Below, one piece after another: positions 44,881 to 53,193 of a DNA stretch of 64,000 bases. The translations under genes and the position numbers were made by a program. The notes beneath the pieces are model-generated. The model did not search any database, was not told where the DNA came from, and worked only from the letters and a program-made list of their open reading frames with translations. Origin of the DNA: an archaeon (GTDB lineage: Archaea > Nanobdellota > Nanobdellia > Woesearchaeales > JAADFO01). Within the stretch, counting starts at the first letter, position 1, and every line of letters begins with the position of its first letter. Where the stretch lies: assembly GCA_043817075.1 (NCBI GenBank), contig JBDRHG010000022.1, forward strand, positions 39,102 to 103,101, in the 5' to 3' direction.

Positions 44881-44954
44881 ACCGTACCACCTCAACCAAG
44901 GTTATCATCAACTGATTAAAAGTTTGTGGTAAAATAGATAGAAATCAATTGCAA

Positions 44955-45185
44955 CTAAAGTTTTCCATTGTGTTTCTTGTCAAATGCATAGAGCTGCTCA
45001 TCCACCTTATCTGGGGATAGGTCTGTCTGGTCTCGGATTCTGTATATTTCATCAGCATAGTTCATGTAGATAGCAATGGTGTATTGGCGCATATATGTCT
45101 TTTTAGCGAAGAGAACCTTGTAAGCTTTTACATTGATGATTGGAAAGATGTTGGACCTGAGAAATTTAAGAATTGCGCTAGCCAT
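44955..45185 (-). CDS. Small hypothetical protein (76 aa)
   Basis: ORF in AT-rich DNA. I recognised no domain. Confidence 0.4.
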   Translation of the reverse strand: MASAILKFLRSNIFPIINVKAYKVLFAKKTYMRQYTIAIYMNYADEIYRIRDQTDLSPDKVDEQLYAFDKKHNGKL

Positions 45186-45238
45186 CGGAAAGACCTAGGT
45201 TAAAGGCATATCCTTCATCTAATTAATGTTAGCCAAAA

Positions 45239-45453
45239 TTTTCTTACTGCCTCCTCCGTTGGTAAACCTCGAATCCCTTAGATAGGTGCCTTCGTTAAAT
45301 CGAGAAAGAGAAAACGGTTTTTCAATAACAAAGCTACTAAACCTAACAATGATTTAACGACTACATTTCATTCCGTCCAAATTTTTACTTACTTTAAAAC
45401 GGACGAGAAAGGGGGCTGGTGCTACGCACATATTGCCTTTTACTTCGTAAAAG
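45239..45453 (+). repeat. Repeat arm A: four sequence blocks plus a CTTCG-loop hairpin, matched in inverted order-preserving fashion by arm B (50874..51003)
   Basis: The blocks are TTTTCTTACTGCC (45239-51), AGATAGGTGCC (45280-90), TTTTTACTTACTTTAAAA (45382-99) and GGACGAGAAAGGGGGCTG (45401-18). The hairpin is CTTTTA-CTTCG-TAAAAG (45437-53). Confidence 0.7.
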
Positions 45454-45469
45454 AAGATTTGTATTAATC

Positions 45470-46441
45470 TTAAAAGTATGAACCTAAACTCTGTTGATTT
45501 TTATCTTGTTCTTTTTTCCTACTTTTTTTACCTTTCTGACTATTTTGAATGTAGTCTCGATATTCGGCAGAAGTCATGCTTTCTATCTTGGATATTTTTT
45601 TCTGAATTTTATCGTATCTTATTGATGGTCTGAATTTTAAAGTGTCATCTGATAATTCACCTACTTCTGGAAAAATTCTCAGTGCACATCGAACCAGAGA
45701 CTTCATTTTATTGTCTGATAAAACGCTGTCATTTTGTTGTCTTTGGATAAAATCAGCCATTAGTGATTCCCTATTAAGAAGCTGCACTTGGTGTGATAGA
45801 AGCCTTTTCGTAATCTCTGCCACCAAAACGTTTTCTGGCGATTCAGGTGAGTTAAATAAAACTGTCTTGATCGGCTTGGCAAGGAAACCATCTTGGCTCA
45901 TTTTTGTTTCCAGATCTTGATCATGTGTGTGGTTTCCATAAACTTTCTTTATTTTATGATTCCCATCTTGGTCTGGTTCTGATACTACCCATACAACAAT
46001 GTTTGTTTCATAGCCTTCTTCTTGTTGCACTTCTTCAATTATTGATATTATTTTTTCAATTTCTTCTTGTTTGTCAAAACATACAACCAGAATCTCGTTA
46101 TCATGATCATCATTTATGAATACTTCTTTGAATCTATCGTTTTTGCCGTAAAAAAGTAGTTGTTCTTTGAATCTATCATCTGATTCATCTATATACGATT
46201 TGCATTCTACAGTAATGCTTTTTTTCTTTATTGAGTTGTTCAAGAATCCATCGCTTGGTCGGAAGTTATCTCCAAATATTGTTTCAAATTCTTCTCTGAA
46301 CTTTTTTATGTCGAAGTTATATCCATAGTCCCTTTTGAGGAGGCCATTCTCTGCTACTGGTGACTCTGTTGTAGATACAGATAATGCAAGATTTGCGATG
46401 AGATTCGCAAGAACATCATGAGGACGCATCGATTTGACCAT
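45470..46441 (-). CDS. Hypothetical protein (~323 aa), last gene of the six-gene operon
   Basis: The ORF is open from GTG 46453, and ATG 46441 is preferred. It overlaps the upstream gene's end. The C-terminus is Lys-rich and I recognised no domain. Confidence 0.65.
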   Translation of the reverse strand: MVKSMRPHDVLANLIANLALSVSTTESPVAENGLLKRDYGYNFDIKKFREEFETIFGDNFRPSDGFLNNSIKKKSITVECKSYIDESDDRFKEQLLFYGKNDRFKEVFINDDHDNEILVVCFDKQEEIEKIISIIEEVQQEEGYETNIVVWVVSEPDQDGNHKIKKVYGNHTHDQDLETKMSQDGFLAKPIKTVLFNSPESPENVLVAEITKRLLSHQVQLLNRESLMADFIQRQQNDSVLSDNKMKSLVRCALRIFPEVGELSDDTLKFRPSIRYDKIQKKISKIESMTSAEYRDYIQNSQKGKKSRKKEQDKNQQSLGSYF

Positions 46442-47552
46442 AATGTTCACCAATATTTATTGAAGGATCTACTCTTGATTGTAAAGCAGAGAGTATTTTT
46501 GACATGGCTTCATGTTCTGGCGGTTCGCCAAGAGTTGGAGCTATAGTGATTTGTTTTTTATCTGTGGATATGTAGTATTTGTTTCCTGTTTCCATATCCA
46601 TGACTTCTGTGATAAAATAAGTGTCATCTTCATCTTTCTCAAAAAGCATTATTTTGAATTCTGATAAATATCCTATATTCAGCATTTTCATAAGATTGTC
46701 AAACCAGTTTTCGTAAAATGCGGTTGACATATCCAATCGAATAACTTGAAGATTGTCAAGGGTGACGGTGTGAATGTCAATATTGCTTCTTTGTTCCACC
46801 TTGATTTGGTAATTCAAGCGGCTGGATAATATGTTTTTCAAGTGTTCGGAGTAATCAAGAATTCCTTTTCCGACTTCAATAAAATCAAGTATTGAGCCTG
46901 AATATAAAGCAAATTCTCCTCTATCAGACAACGATAGTTTGCTTCCAAGACCTCCATTTCGAGATACTTTGTATTTTCCTCTTTTAACATAGCACAGTTC
47001 TTCAAATTTTCCGTAGTGAAACCTTCTGACTTCTGATATATCTTCCTTCTTTCGTGGAATCCAGTTTCTACTGCTACCTTTTCTTTTTTTGGAACTTACA
47101 TCTCTATATTCAATGGTAAACTCAAGAAGCTCTGATTTTGAATCTGCATAGTAGTTTTTTACAAATTGGTTGAAGTTCTCAAGAAACTTTGATCCGAGCC
47201 AAGGCTTCCAAAGGGCTCTAATACTATACAAAAGTCTGTTAAACTGTTCATATTCTGGATGGTCTGCATAAGTGAATATAGCGTATTTGTTATTTCTTTC
47301 AAACTCCTTAATGAAAAAATATGTTTCCTCCTGATTATCGTTCCTTCTGAGAATTATGACTGTAAAATCATCTTCAGGAGTTTTTGCAAGGTCTGCTTGC
47401 CAGGTTTCCGAATAAGAATTGTAATTTAGGACTGCACTTTGAAAGACATTATCAATTTGCTGGAGATTGAGAACAAAGTAACCTCTGATAGTCTTCTTTT
47501 TCTCTCTATGGTCCTGTAGGAATTGATTGAAACTGAGTGTTGACTTAACCAT
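46416..47552 (-). CDS. Hypothetical protein (378 aa), fifth gene of the operon
   Basis: The start lies 3 nt after the stop of the DUF262-HNH gene. I found no recognisable domain, NTPase motif or TM segment. Confidence 0.7.
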   Translation of the reverse strand: MVKSTLSFNQFLQDHREKKKTIRGYFVLNLQQIDNVFQSAVLNYNSYSETWQADLAKTPEDDFTVIILRRNDNQEETYFFIKEFERNNKYAIFTYADHPEYEQFNRLLYSIRALWKPWLGSKFLENFNQFVKNYYADSKSELLEFTIEYRDVSSKKRKGSSRNWIPRKKEDISEVRRFHYGKFEELCYVKRGKYKVSRNGGLGSKLSLSDRGEFALYSGSILDFIEVGKGILDYSEHLKNILSSRLNYQIKVEQRSNIDIHTVTLDNLQVIRLDMSTAFYENWFDNLMKMLNIGYLSEFKIMLFEKDEDDTYFITEVMDMETGNKYYISTDKKQITIAPTLGEPPEHEAMSKILSALQSRVDPSINIGEHYGQIDASS

Positions 47553-47554
47553 CT

Positions 47555-48649
47555 TTATCCTTTCTTAGATTTTTCTCTATGGTCATCCCTACATAACATT
47601 TGACAATTTTCATCAATAGATTTTCCGCCTTCACTCCAAAGTTTGATATGGTCAGCTTCCATTTCTTCTATTTTGAAATGTTTTTTACATTTAGGACATA
47701 TACCTTTTTGTCTTTCGTATGCCTTCCTTTTTTGCTTATCATTAAAAGTTCGAATATTAAGATATTTTTCATCTCTTATCAAAACATATGGGTAAATACC
47801 TTTCTGATTCGTAACGTCTTCATCTTGCATTAATTCAGAGATTTCTTTTTCTAGTTTTTTAGTATCATATTTTTTGCTTCTGAATTTATTATACAACTCT
47901 CCCCAATTAACTCCTTTCATTTCTCGTCTATAATTTGGAAAAGTATTTCTTACCCATTCTATTACTTTCTGAAAATATCCCCATAACTCGTTTGCATTTT
48001 TATCGTGTTGGTGTTTAGACATATATTCCTCTATCTTCCCGTTATTAATCCACAACAAAACTGTTTCTAGAAATTCTTGTCTGATTGGCGAACCAGTTAC
48101 TAATTGCCCTCCGTCACTCGCTAAAAGATATGCTGCACAATTAGTTTTACTAAATTTTAACTTAGCATCTGAAAGCCATGTTCCCGTGTATACTGAATTT
48201 CGAAGCTCTTGTTCAGTTAGTTTTTCTCCAGAGATATTTACAATTCTGAACCAATTTAATTTTTCTCTTTCATTTCCTTCACAAAAATAGATCATCAACT
48301 CATAATTTAATATTTGATTTTGTTCATCTCCTGTCAAACTATGGAAGTATTTCTCGTTTATTGAAAAATCTCCTGCAACATACTGAGCAATACTAATTGT
48401 TCTTTGCTGTCCATCCAAAACCTCAAAATTTCCGTCAGGTTTTTTTACCCAATACATAATATTTAGTGGAAAATCTTTTCTCACAGTTTCAATCACTTCA
48501 TTTCTCTGCTTCTCTTTATAGATAAACTCCCTCTGGTATTTTGGACGAATATCTAATTTTCCACCATATGCAGTAACTCCTTCTTCTGCACTGTCTTTAT
48601 ACTCTTTTACTACTTCTCTTATTGGGATTTTATGTAGTTCTATCTTCAT
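47555..48649 (-). CDS. DUF262 (ParB-like/GmrS-type) domain fused to a C-terminal HNH endonuclease
   Basis: IRPKYQREFIY and LDGQQRTISI are the DUF262 signature motifs. The C-terminal CPKCKKHF...ADHIKLWSEGGKSIDENCQMLCRDDHREKS is a canonical HNH (C-x2-C ... H-x ... N ... C-x2-x-H). There is a 4-nt overlap with the methyltransferase gene. Confidence 0.85.
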   Translation of the reverse strand: MKIELHKIPIREVVKEYKDSAEEGVTAYGGKLDIRPKYQREFIYKEKQRNEVIETVRKDFPLNIMYWVKKPDGNFEVLDGQQRTISIAQYVAGDFSINEKYFHSLTGDEQNQILNYELMIYFCEGNEREKLNWFRIVNISGEKLTEQELRNSVYTGTWLSDAKLKFSKTNCAAYLLASDGGQLVTGSPIRQEFLETVLLWINNGKIEEYMSKHQHDKNANELWGYFQKVIEWVRNTFPNYRREMKGVNWGELYNKFRSKKYDTKKLEKEISELMQDEDVTNQKGIYPYVLIRDEKYLNIRTFNDKQKRKAYERQKGICPKCKKHFKIEEMEADHIKLWSEGGKSIDENCQMLCRDDHREKSKKG

Positions 48650-49725
48650 TTTGGGCTTTTTAGTTTAATTAGAATACGACCATAGAGTCGTTTTCCATTT
48701 AAATAACCTCGGTCAATTTTTCCTTTCCATTTTGGTTTAATCAGTTTAGGCAATAAACCCTCCTTTACGCTATAATCACAACCTAAAATCTCAAATTGTT
48801 TTGGATTATATTTATTCAGAAATGTGATTGGAACTCCCATAACACCACCATAATCTCTTGGAATTTCGTAAAATCTTGATACTTCGATAGCTTTGTAATT
48901 GTCATATTCAGGATATTCTTTTGGTGAGTATTTTTTATACAAATCAAGTTCTTCATAGCGTTTTGGGGTGTCCAAATTTGTAAACCATAAAATACGTCCC
49001 ATGCTAAAATATTTTTTACCTCCCACAATTTTTTTTCTTGACTCTGTTGGTATATCATAATCCATAGGGACTTGAAACCATTTGGTACCCCCATTATCGT
49101 AACCAAACCATAATTTGTTATCTTTGACTAAACTGAAAATCTCTTTGTAGGTAGTAGCATTTTGATCTCCTAGAATCAAAAATTTCTTACCATATTTTAC
49201 AAGCTGTAAAACATATTCACGAAATAGAGAAAATGGCGGATTAGTGACAACTATGTCAGCTTCCTTGAGTAGCTCTATACATTCATTGCTACGAAAATCA
49301 CCATTGCCCTTAAGATGTGAGGACGTATTAGCATCATGCTTTAGTAACCACTCAACATCTGTGAGATCTATGGCCCCATCAGCATTAGCATCAGGAACTT
49401 CAGATATTTCAATTTTAAAAGGGGTTTTACCTTGAGGTTTTAATCCAGCTACTTCAAATAACTTCAGCTGACCCCCAGCAATCATAGATTTATCATAGGT
49501 TGTGGTGATTATCTTTTTGAGTTTCAAAGAGTTAAAGTTTGCGGCAAAATACTTGAAAAAGTTACTTTCGAATGGATCATCGCAATTGCAATATACAATT
49601 TTTCCTTTAAATTGTTCTTTATAATACTTTAACTCCTTCTCAATATCAACAAGCTGAGTATAAAACTCGTCATTCTTCGCCTTATTTGCTCTTTGCAAAT
49701 TTTTATTTAATGACTTAGTTGCCAT
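48646..49725 (-). CDS. N6-adenine DNA methyltransferase (EcoRI-methylase-like family by recollection)
   Basis: IVVTNPPFSLFREY contains the NPPF catalytic motif IV. The N-terminal KNDEFYTQLVDIEKELKYYKEQFKGKIVYCNCDDP resembles the EcoRI_methylase family signature. Confidence 0.85.
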   Translation of the reverse strand: MATKSLNKNLQRANKAKNDEFYTQLVDIEKELKYYKEQFKGKIVYCNCDDPFESNFFKYFAANFNSLKLKKIITTTYDKSMIAGGQLKLFEVAGLKPQGKTPFKIEISEVPDANADGAIDLTDVEWLLKHDANTSSHLKGNGDFRSNECIELLKEADIVVTNPPFSLFREYVLQLVKYGKKFLILGDQNATTYKEIFSLVKDNKLWFGYDNGGTKWFQVPMDYDIPTESRKKIVGGKKYFSMGRILWFTNLDTPKRYEELDLYKKYSPKEYPEYDNYKAIEVSRFYEIPRDYGGVMGVPITFLNKYNPKQFEILGCDYSVKEGLLPKLIKPKWKGKIDRGYLNGKRLYGRILIKLKSPK

Positions 49726-49727
49726 AA

Positions 49728-49874
49728 TTAAACACTACCTTTCTCCATTTTTAATTGTGCTTCCATCATTATTTCTACTTGACGAGAAACTAATAACCCT
49801 TTCTTCTTGCAAAGCTCTCTATATTTGTCATAAAGTTCAGAATTTACTCTTAATGTGATATTTTTTGATTCCAT
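49728..49874 (-). CDS. Ribbon-helix-helix (CopG/Arc-like) protein, 48 aa, not in the ORF track (below its size cutoff)
   Basis: Hand translation gives MESKNITLRVNSELYDKYRELCKKKGLLVSRQVEIMMEAQLKMEKGSV, with a beta-strand ITLRV followed by two helices. The stop lies 2 nt before the methyltransferase ATG. Confidence 0.6.
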   Translation of the reverse strand: MESKNITLRVNSELYDKYRELCKKKGLLVSRQVEIMMEAQLKMEKGSV

Positions 49875-49882
49875 TTTAACCT

Positions 49883-50797
49883 TTATTTATTTTTTTCATA
49901 ACTTTGTTTTATTAGCGATAGTAAAACAGGCAATTCTTCAGAATTTGAAAATGAAACTTCATAATCTCCATTCCCCCAATGACCTACATTTGAAACATCT
50001 CGTGTAATTGAATCAATATCTTTAAGTTGTCCCTTAGACAGATTAAGCCAAAATTTTATTTTATTCTTTTGTGGCAAGAGATCTACAAAATTTCTATCTG
50101 CTTTAAACGCAATGTATTTCTTTTTTGAGATTACTTCAATATTTTCATCAATAGATAAAATCTGATTTTTTAATTCGTCATATAATGATTTAATTTCTTC
50201 TGAACAATGGCTTAAATGGTCTTCTTCAGTGTAAACTTTTACTTCACTGCTTACTTTCTCAACAACATCGCTTTTTTTACTAATCTTGTTTATTGATTCA
50301 GAATTCTCATGGGACCTTAATCTTGTATATTGGATTAAATCATTTTCATATCTTGATATTTCCCACAATTCAATCGGCAAATCCTTAAAATTAATCGCTT
50401 GTTGTTGATATTTTGAAAATGCAGGAGAAACAAATAAAACTCTTGATTGCGACCAATCAACATTATCTCGTTTTATAGTCTTATCACAATTCTCATTATA
50501 CTCTAAAATAAATTCTGCCTTATTATTAAGCATTAAAGAAAGATAAGCATATCCTTGATCTATAACACTAAAATTCTTATCCCTCTTATATTCTATTATT
50601 ACAAAACTATTATTTTCATTATCATATGCGAGAGTATCTATTCTTAACCCATTCAAAGAGAATTCTGATTTAACTATCTGTAACCCAAAAATATCGCTTA
50701 AATTCTTCTCTGTCAAATCCTGAATTTCTTTCTCTAACTTAAAAGATAATTGTTTTATTCTACTAAGATTATTTGATGAATTCTTGAATATTGACAT
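49883..50797 (-). CDS. RecB-like PD-(D/E)xK nuclease-fold protein (HSDR_N-like N-terminus) with DUF5655-like C-terminus; first gene of the operon
   Basis: The motif series is LRIDTLAYD ... VIIEYKRD ... DQGYAY (D, ExK, QxxxY). The C-terminal YIAFKADRNFVDLLPQKNKIKFWLNL...VGHWGNGDYEV resembles DUF5655. Confidence 0.7.
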   Translation of the reverse strand: MSIFKNSSNNLSRIKQLSFKLEKEIQDLTEKNLSDIFGLQIVKSEFSLNGLRIDTLAYDNENNSFVIIEYKRDKNFSVIDQGYAYLSLMLNNKAEFILEYNENCDKTIKRDNVDWSQSRVLFVSPAFSKYQQQAINFKDLPIELWEISRYENDLIQYTRLRSHENSESINKISKKSDVVEKVSSEVKVYTEEDHLSHCSEEIKSLYDELKNQILSIDENIEVISKKKYIAFKADRNFVDLLPQKNKIKFWLNLSKGQLKDIDSITRDVSNVGHWGNGDYEVSFSNSEELPVLLSLIKQSYEKNK

Positions 50798-50823
50798 TAG
50801 TATAATACAAATATAATCAAATA

Positions 50824-50831
50824 TATATAAA
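50824..50831 (-). promoter_or_regulatory. TATA box for the six-gene operon (minus strand AACATTTATATATA)
   Basis: It is centred about 30 nt upstream of ATG 50797 and has the same AACATTTATATA context as host promoters. Confidence 0.45.
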
Positions 50832-50873
50832 TGTTGTTATACCTATGTTCTTTTTCAGAAAAAGAACCAAAAA

Positions 50874-51003
50874 CAGCTCCCTCTCTCGTCCTAACGGACA
50901 TATTGTCTGCTACGCAGTAATTGATTTTAAAGTAAGTAAAAACTACGGCACCTATCTGATTCTTCGGTAGTAAGAAAACTCTGCGGATTTACTTCGTAAA
51001 TCC
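50874..51003 (-). repeat. Repeat arm B: reverse complement carries the same four blocks as arm A in the same order, plus a CTTCG-loop hairpin in direct orientation
   Basis: The reverse complement reads TTTTCTTACTACC ... AGATAGGTGCC ... TTTTTACTTACTTTAAAA ... GGACGAGAGAGGGAGCTG, giving block matches of 12/13, 11/11, 18/18 and 16/18. The hairpin is GGATTTA-CTTCG-TAAATCC at 50985-51003. Confidence 0.7.
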
Positions 51004-51083
51004 TTGGGGACGCTGCGCTTTCGGACTCCGTCCTCACCCTCGGCTAACAGGAACCGATGTTATACACAATAAAGAAAAAGCCC

Positions 51084-51380
51084 TTAGAAAAATGTTAGTT
51101 TTAGTAATATAGTTGCAACTACAAAAAATGATACTTTGAATTTCCATCCGTTAATTTTTATCTTAAAGTATTTTGTTTCAAGATTGTTCCCTGTGAATCT
51201 AATAATTATGGCTTGTGCTATGGCTGTCGTAGCAAAGGCTAAAACAAGACTTGTTGCCAAATCTGTTATTAAAGGCCAATATTGTTTCAGATCAAACCTA
51301 TCCAAAACTAAAAAAACGGCCACTAAAGAAATTAGTATTAAACCAGCTTTTTCATTAAATTCACGTTCTGGATCTTTCAT
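51084..51380 (-). CDS. Small membrane protein (98 aa, ~3 TM helices)
   Basis: Hydrophobic segments LILISLVAVFLVL, LVLAFATTAIAQAIII and FFVVATILLKLTFF. I recognised no domain. Confidence 0.5.
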   Translation of the reverse strand: MKDPEREFNEKAGLILISLVAVFLVLDRFDLKQYWPLITDLATSLVLAFATTAIAQAIIIRFTGNNLETKYFKIKINGWKFKVSFFVVATILLKLTFF

Positions 51381-51493
51381 GCCAATAAGTAATTCAAGAC
51401 TTCTATTTATAAATTCCGAAACATGAATCGCGAATTCAGATAGCTCACACGTTCAAAACGTTTATATACATTAGTTACTTCGCGATAAGGTAG

Positions 51494-52357
51494 ATGGTAC
51501 AAATTCGTATAACTGAAGATTTTGAAGAAGTTGCTGAACAAGAAGAAAAGCTGTCTATTTCAGATATGAAGAAGAAAGAAAAGTTTTCTCATTTAACTTT
51601 TCATGGTAACCCCAAAAGACTCATATCTTTTATTAAAAATGAATTAGATAATAATGGCTATCAAGTAAAATATGATGGTCTTAGTGGTCTGGATGGGGGC
51701 ACAATGAATGATATTAAAGATGTATCCCTAAGAGTGTATGCTGAAAAAAGAAGTGATATTAAGGGAAAAATTGATTTACGTATTCCGAGAAGTCTAATCT
51801 TTTTAACAGGTATTGGATCTTTATTATTTATTTTTTCAGTCCTTTTTTTTAAAGCAAATTGGAGTGGACTCGGAGCAACATCCATGGTTATTTCATTGAC
51901 ATTAATGGCTGGCGGGATATTCTTAATTATTAAAGGTCCAAAACAAAAAATGTTTTCTTATCATCCATCATCTCATATTTTATGGCTGGTTGGAGAAGGA
52001 GAAGCTTTTTTTGGAACCAAAACGCAAGAATCTAAAAGCGGACATGATCTAAAATCAGGTAGTGTTAGTGCAATAAAGACATCTTACCTTACTAGTGATA
52101 TGGATGTTTATATTGCCGCATCTGCTAAGAGTTTGGATACTCTTTATAGAGAAAAGTTATTGAGAGATAAAGAGAAACCAAATCCTTCTTTCTGGGACTT
52201 AATTAAGGGGACAAAAAACAATATTAAAGAGATTAGCATGGAGAATGAAGAGGAATATATTAGCCTACCAAAAGACAAAGACGAACATAAAAAACATATC
52301 TCTCGTGAGATGGAAGATATATCAAAAAAAATGGGTAAGTTTATGGGTATAGATTAG
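51494..52357 (+). CDS. Hypothetical membrane protein (287 aa, two central TM helices)
   Basis: AAACGTTTATATAC has its TATA at 51461-51468, about 30 nt upstream of the ATG. The TM helices are LIFLTGIGSLLFIFSVLFF and MVISLTLMAGGIFLII. I recognised no domain. Confidence 0.6.
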   Translation: MVQIRITEDFEEVAEQEEKLSISDMKKKEKFSHLTFHGNPKRLISFIKNELDNNGYQVKYDGLSGLDGGTMNDIKDVSLRVYAEKRSDIKGKIDLRIPRSLIFLTGIGSLLFIFSVLFFKANWSGLGATSMVISLTLMAGGIFLIIKGPKQKMFSYHPSSHILWLVGEGEAFFGTKTQESKSGHDLKSGSVSAIKTSYLTSDMDVYIAASAKSLDTLYREKLLRDKEKPNPSFWDLIKGTKNNIKEISMENEEEYISLPKDKDEHKKHISREMEDISKKMGKFMGID

Positions 52358-52614
52358 GTTGGTTATGCTCTAACTCTGTACTTTCCGACAAATTTCCTCC
52401 AAGGGTTGCTTCTGAAGGTTCAATGCCTTCGGTTTAAGAATGTAATACACTCCCTGAAAACTACTGAAATCGACATGGTCATATCGACGATGAAAATCCG
52501 GACTCATACATTGTCTGTTCAGAATACTGGCGTCTTTATCTGTACTAAATGAAGTAATAGAAACATTTACAACTATCACAGATAAGGATGGGTATCATCA
52601 ACGATATTAGCTAT

Positions 52615-52809
52615 TCAGTTCTTAATGATATTGTGGATGCATTCTCCAAACTCATTGCTATGTATGCATTCTTTTAATCTGTCGATGCATGCACCGTGTT
52701 CTTGAGTTCTTCCTGGTTGGCCTTTAGGTATGGGGTTTTGGACCGCGCATACTGCTTGGATTGCTCCAAGTCGTTGCCCTATTGTTTCTGGTTGTTTGTT
52801 GGTTTCCAT
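52615..52809 (-). CDS. Small hypothetical protein (64 aa)
   Basis: The ORF lies downstream of, and co-oriented with, the wHTH genes. I recognised no domain. Confidence 0.45.
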   Translation of the reverse strand: METNKQPETIGQRLGAIQAVCAVQNPIPKGQPGRTQEHGACIDRLKECIHSNEFGECIHNIIKN

Positions 52810-52863
52810 TGTTATCCCTCCAACTAGTGTAAGTTGCTTGTCCTAATATGCTTTGTTCATCGC

Positions 52864-53193
52864 TTAAGCGTTGACAGCTTCTTCTGGTAGAAGGATGCAG
52901 GTGAGGACTTCTTCTTTGGTGATGACCGCTACCTTTTGGTTGATGCGAAAACTCTTCCTGATGACCTTTTTTTCAATGGAATAGAGCTTTCTCTTTCCAT
53001 CTTGGTTGGATTCTACGACTCCAAGTTTTTGCATTTTTTTCAGGTGTCTGCGGATCAGCACGTCCTGTTTGATAAGATCATATCGATCAGTTATGGCGAA
53101 GAGTGTCTTTGCTAGGCTTGTCGTGCTTAGCGATACCCCTTGCCGGTGGAGCACTGTGAGGATCTTGAGATCGATGCTATCAAAGATTGTCAA
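52864..53193 (-). CDS. Winged-helix DNA-binding protein (MarR/ArsR-like fold)
   Basis: DLKILTVLHRQGVSLSTTSLAKTLF...IRRHLKKMQKLGVVESNQDGKRKLYSI has an HTH plus a wing hairpin. Confidence 0.7.
   Translation of the reverse strand: MTIFDSIDLKILTVLHRQGVSLSTTSLAKTLFAITDRYDLIKQDVLIRRHLKKMQKLGVVESNQDGKRKLYSIEKKVIRKSFRINQKVAVITKEEVLTCILLPEEAVNA

Noticed and set aside
45262-45290. A tRNA T-arm-like string (CCTCGAATCCC) inside repeat arm A, considered as a possible tRNA-derived attachment site.
   Set aside because: There is no complementary T-stem and no acceptor or anticodon arms, and no cloverleaf can be drawn. I recognised no tRNA anywhere in the window.
51001-51060. A short GC-rich patch (GGGGACGCTGCGCTTTCGGACTCCGTCCTCACCCTCGGC) inside AT-rich DNA, considered as a small RNA gene or host-derived att remnant.
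   Set aside because: Only a weak GGACG...CGTCC stem can be drawn. I recognised no known RNA fold and found no second copy in the window. It is mentioned only as context for repeat arm B.
52370-52579. A 69-aa minus-strand ORF at the junction between the AT-rich left part and the polB/wHTH operon.
   Set aside because: It has no RBS or promoter that I can point to, an odd composition, and no coupling to the upstream gene. It is left uncalled.
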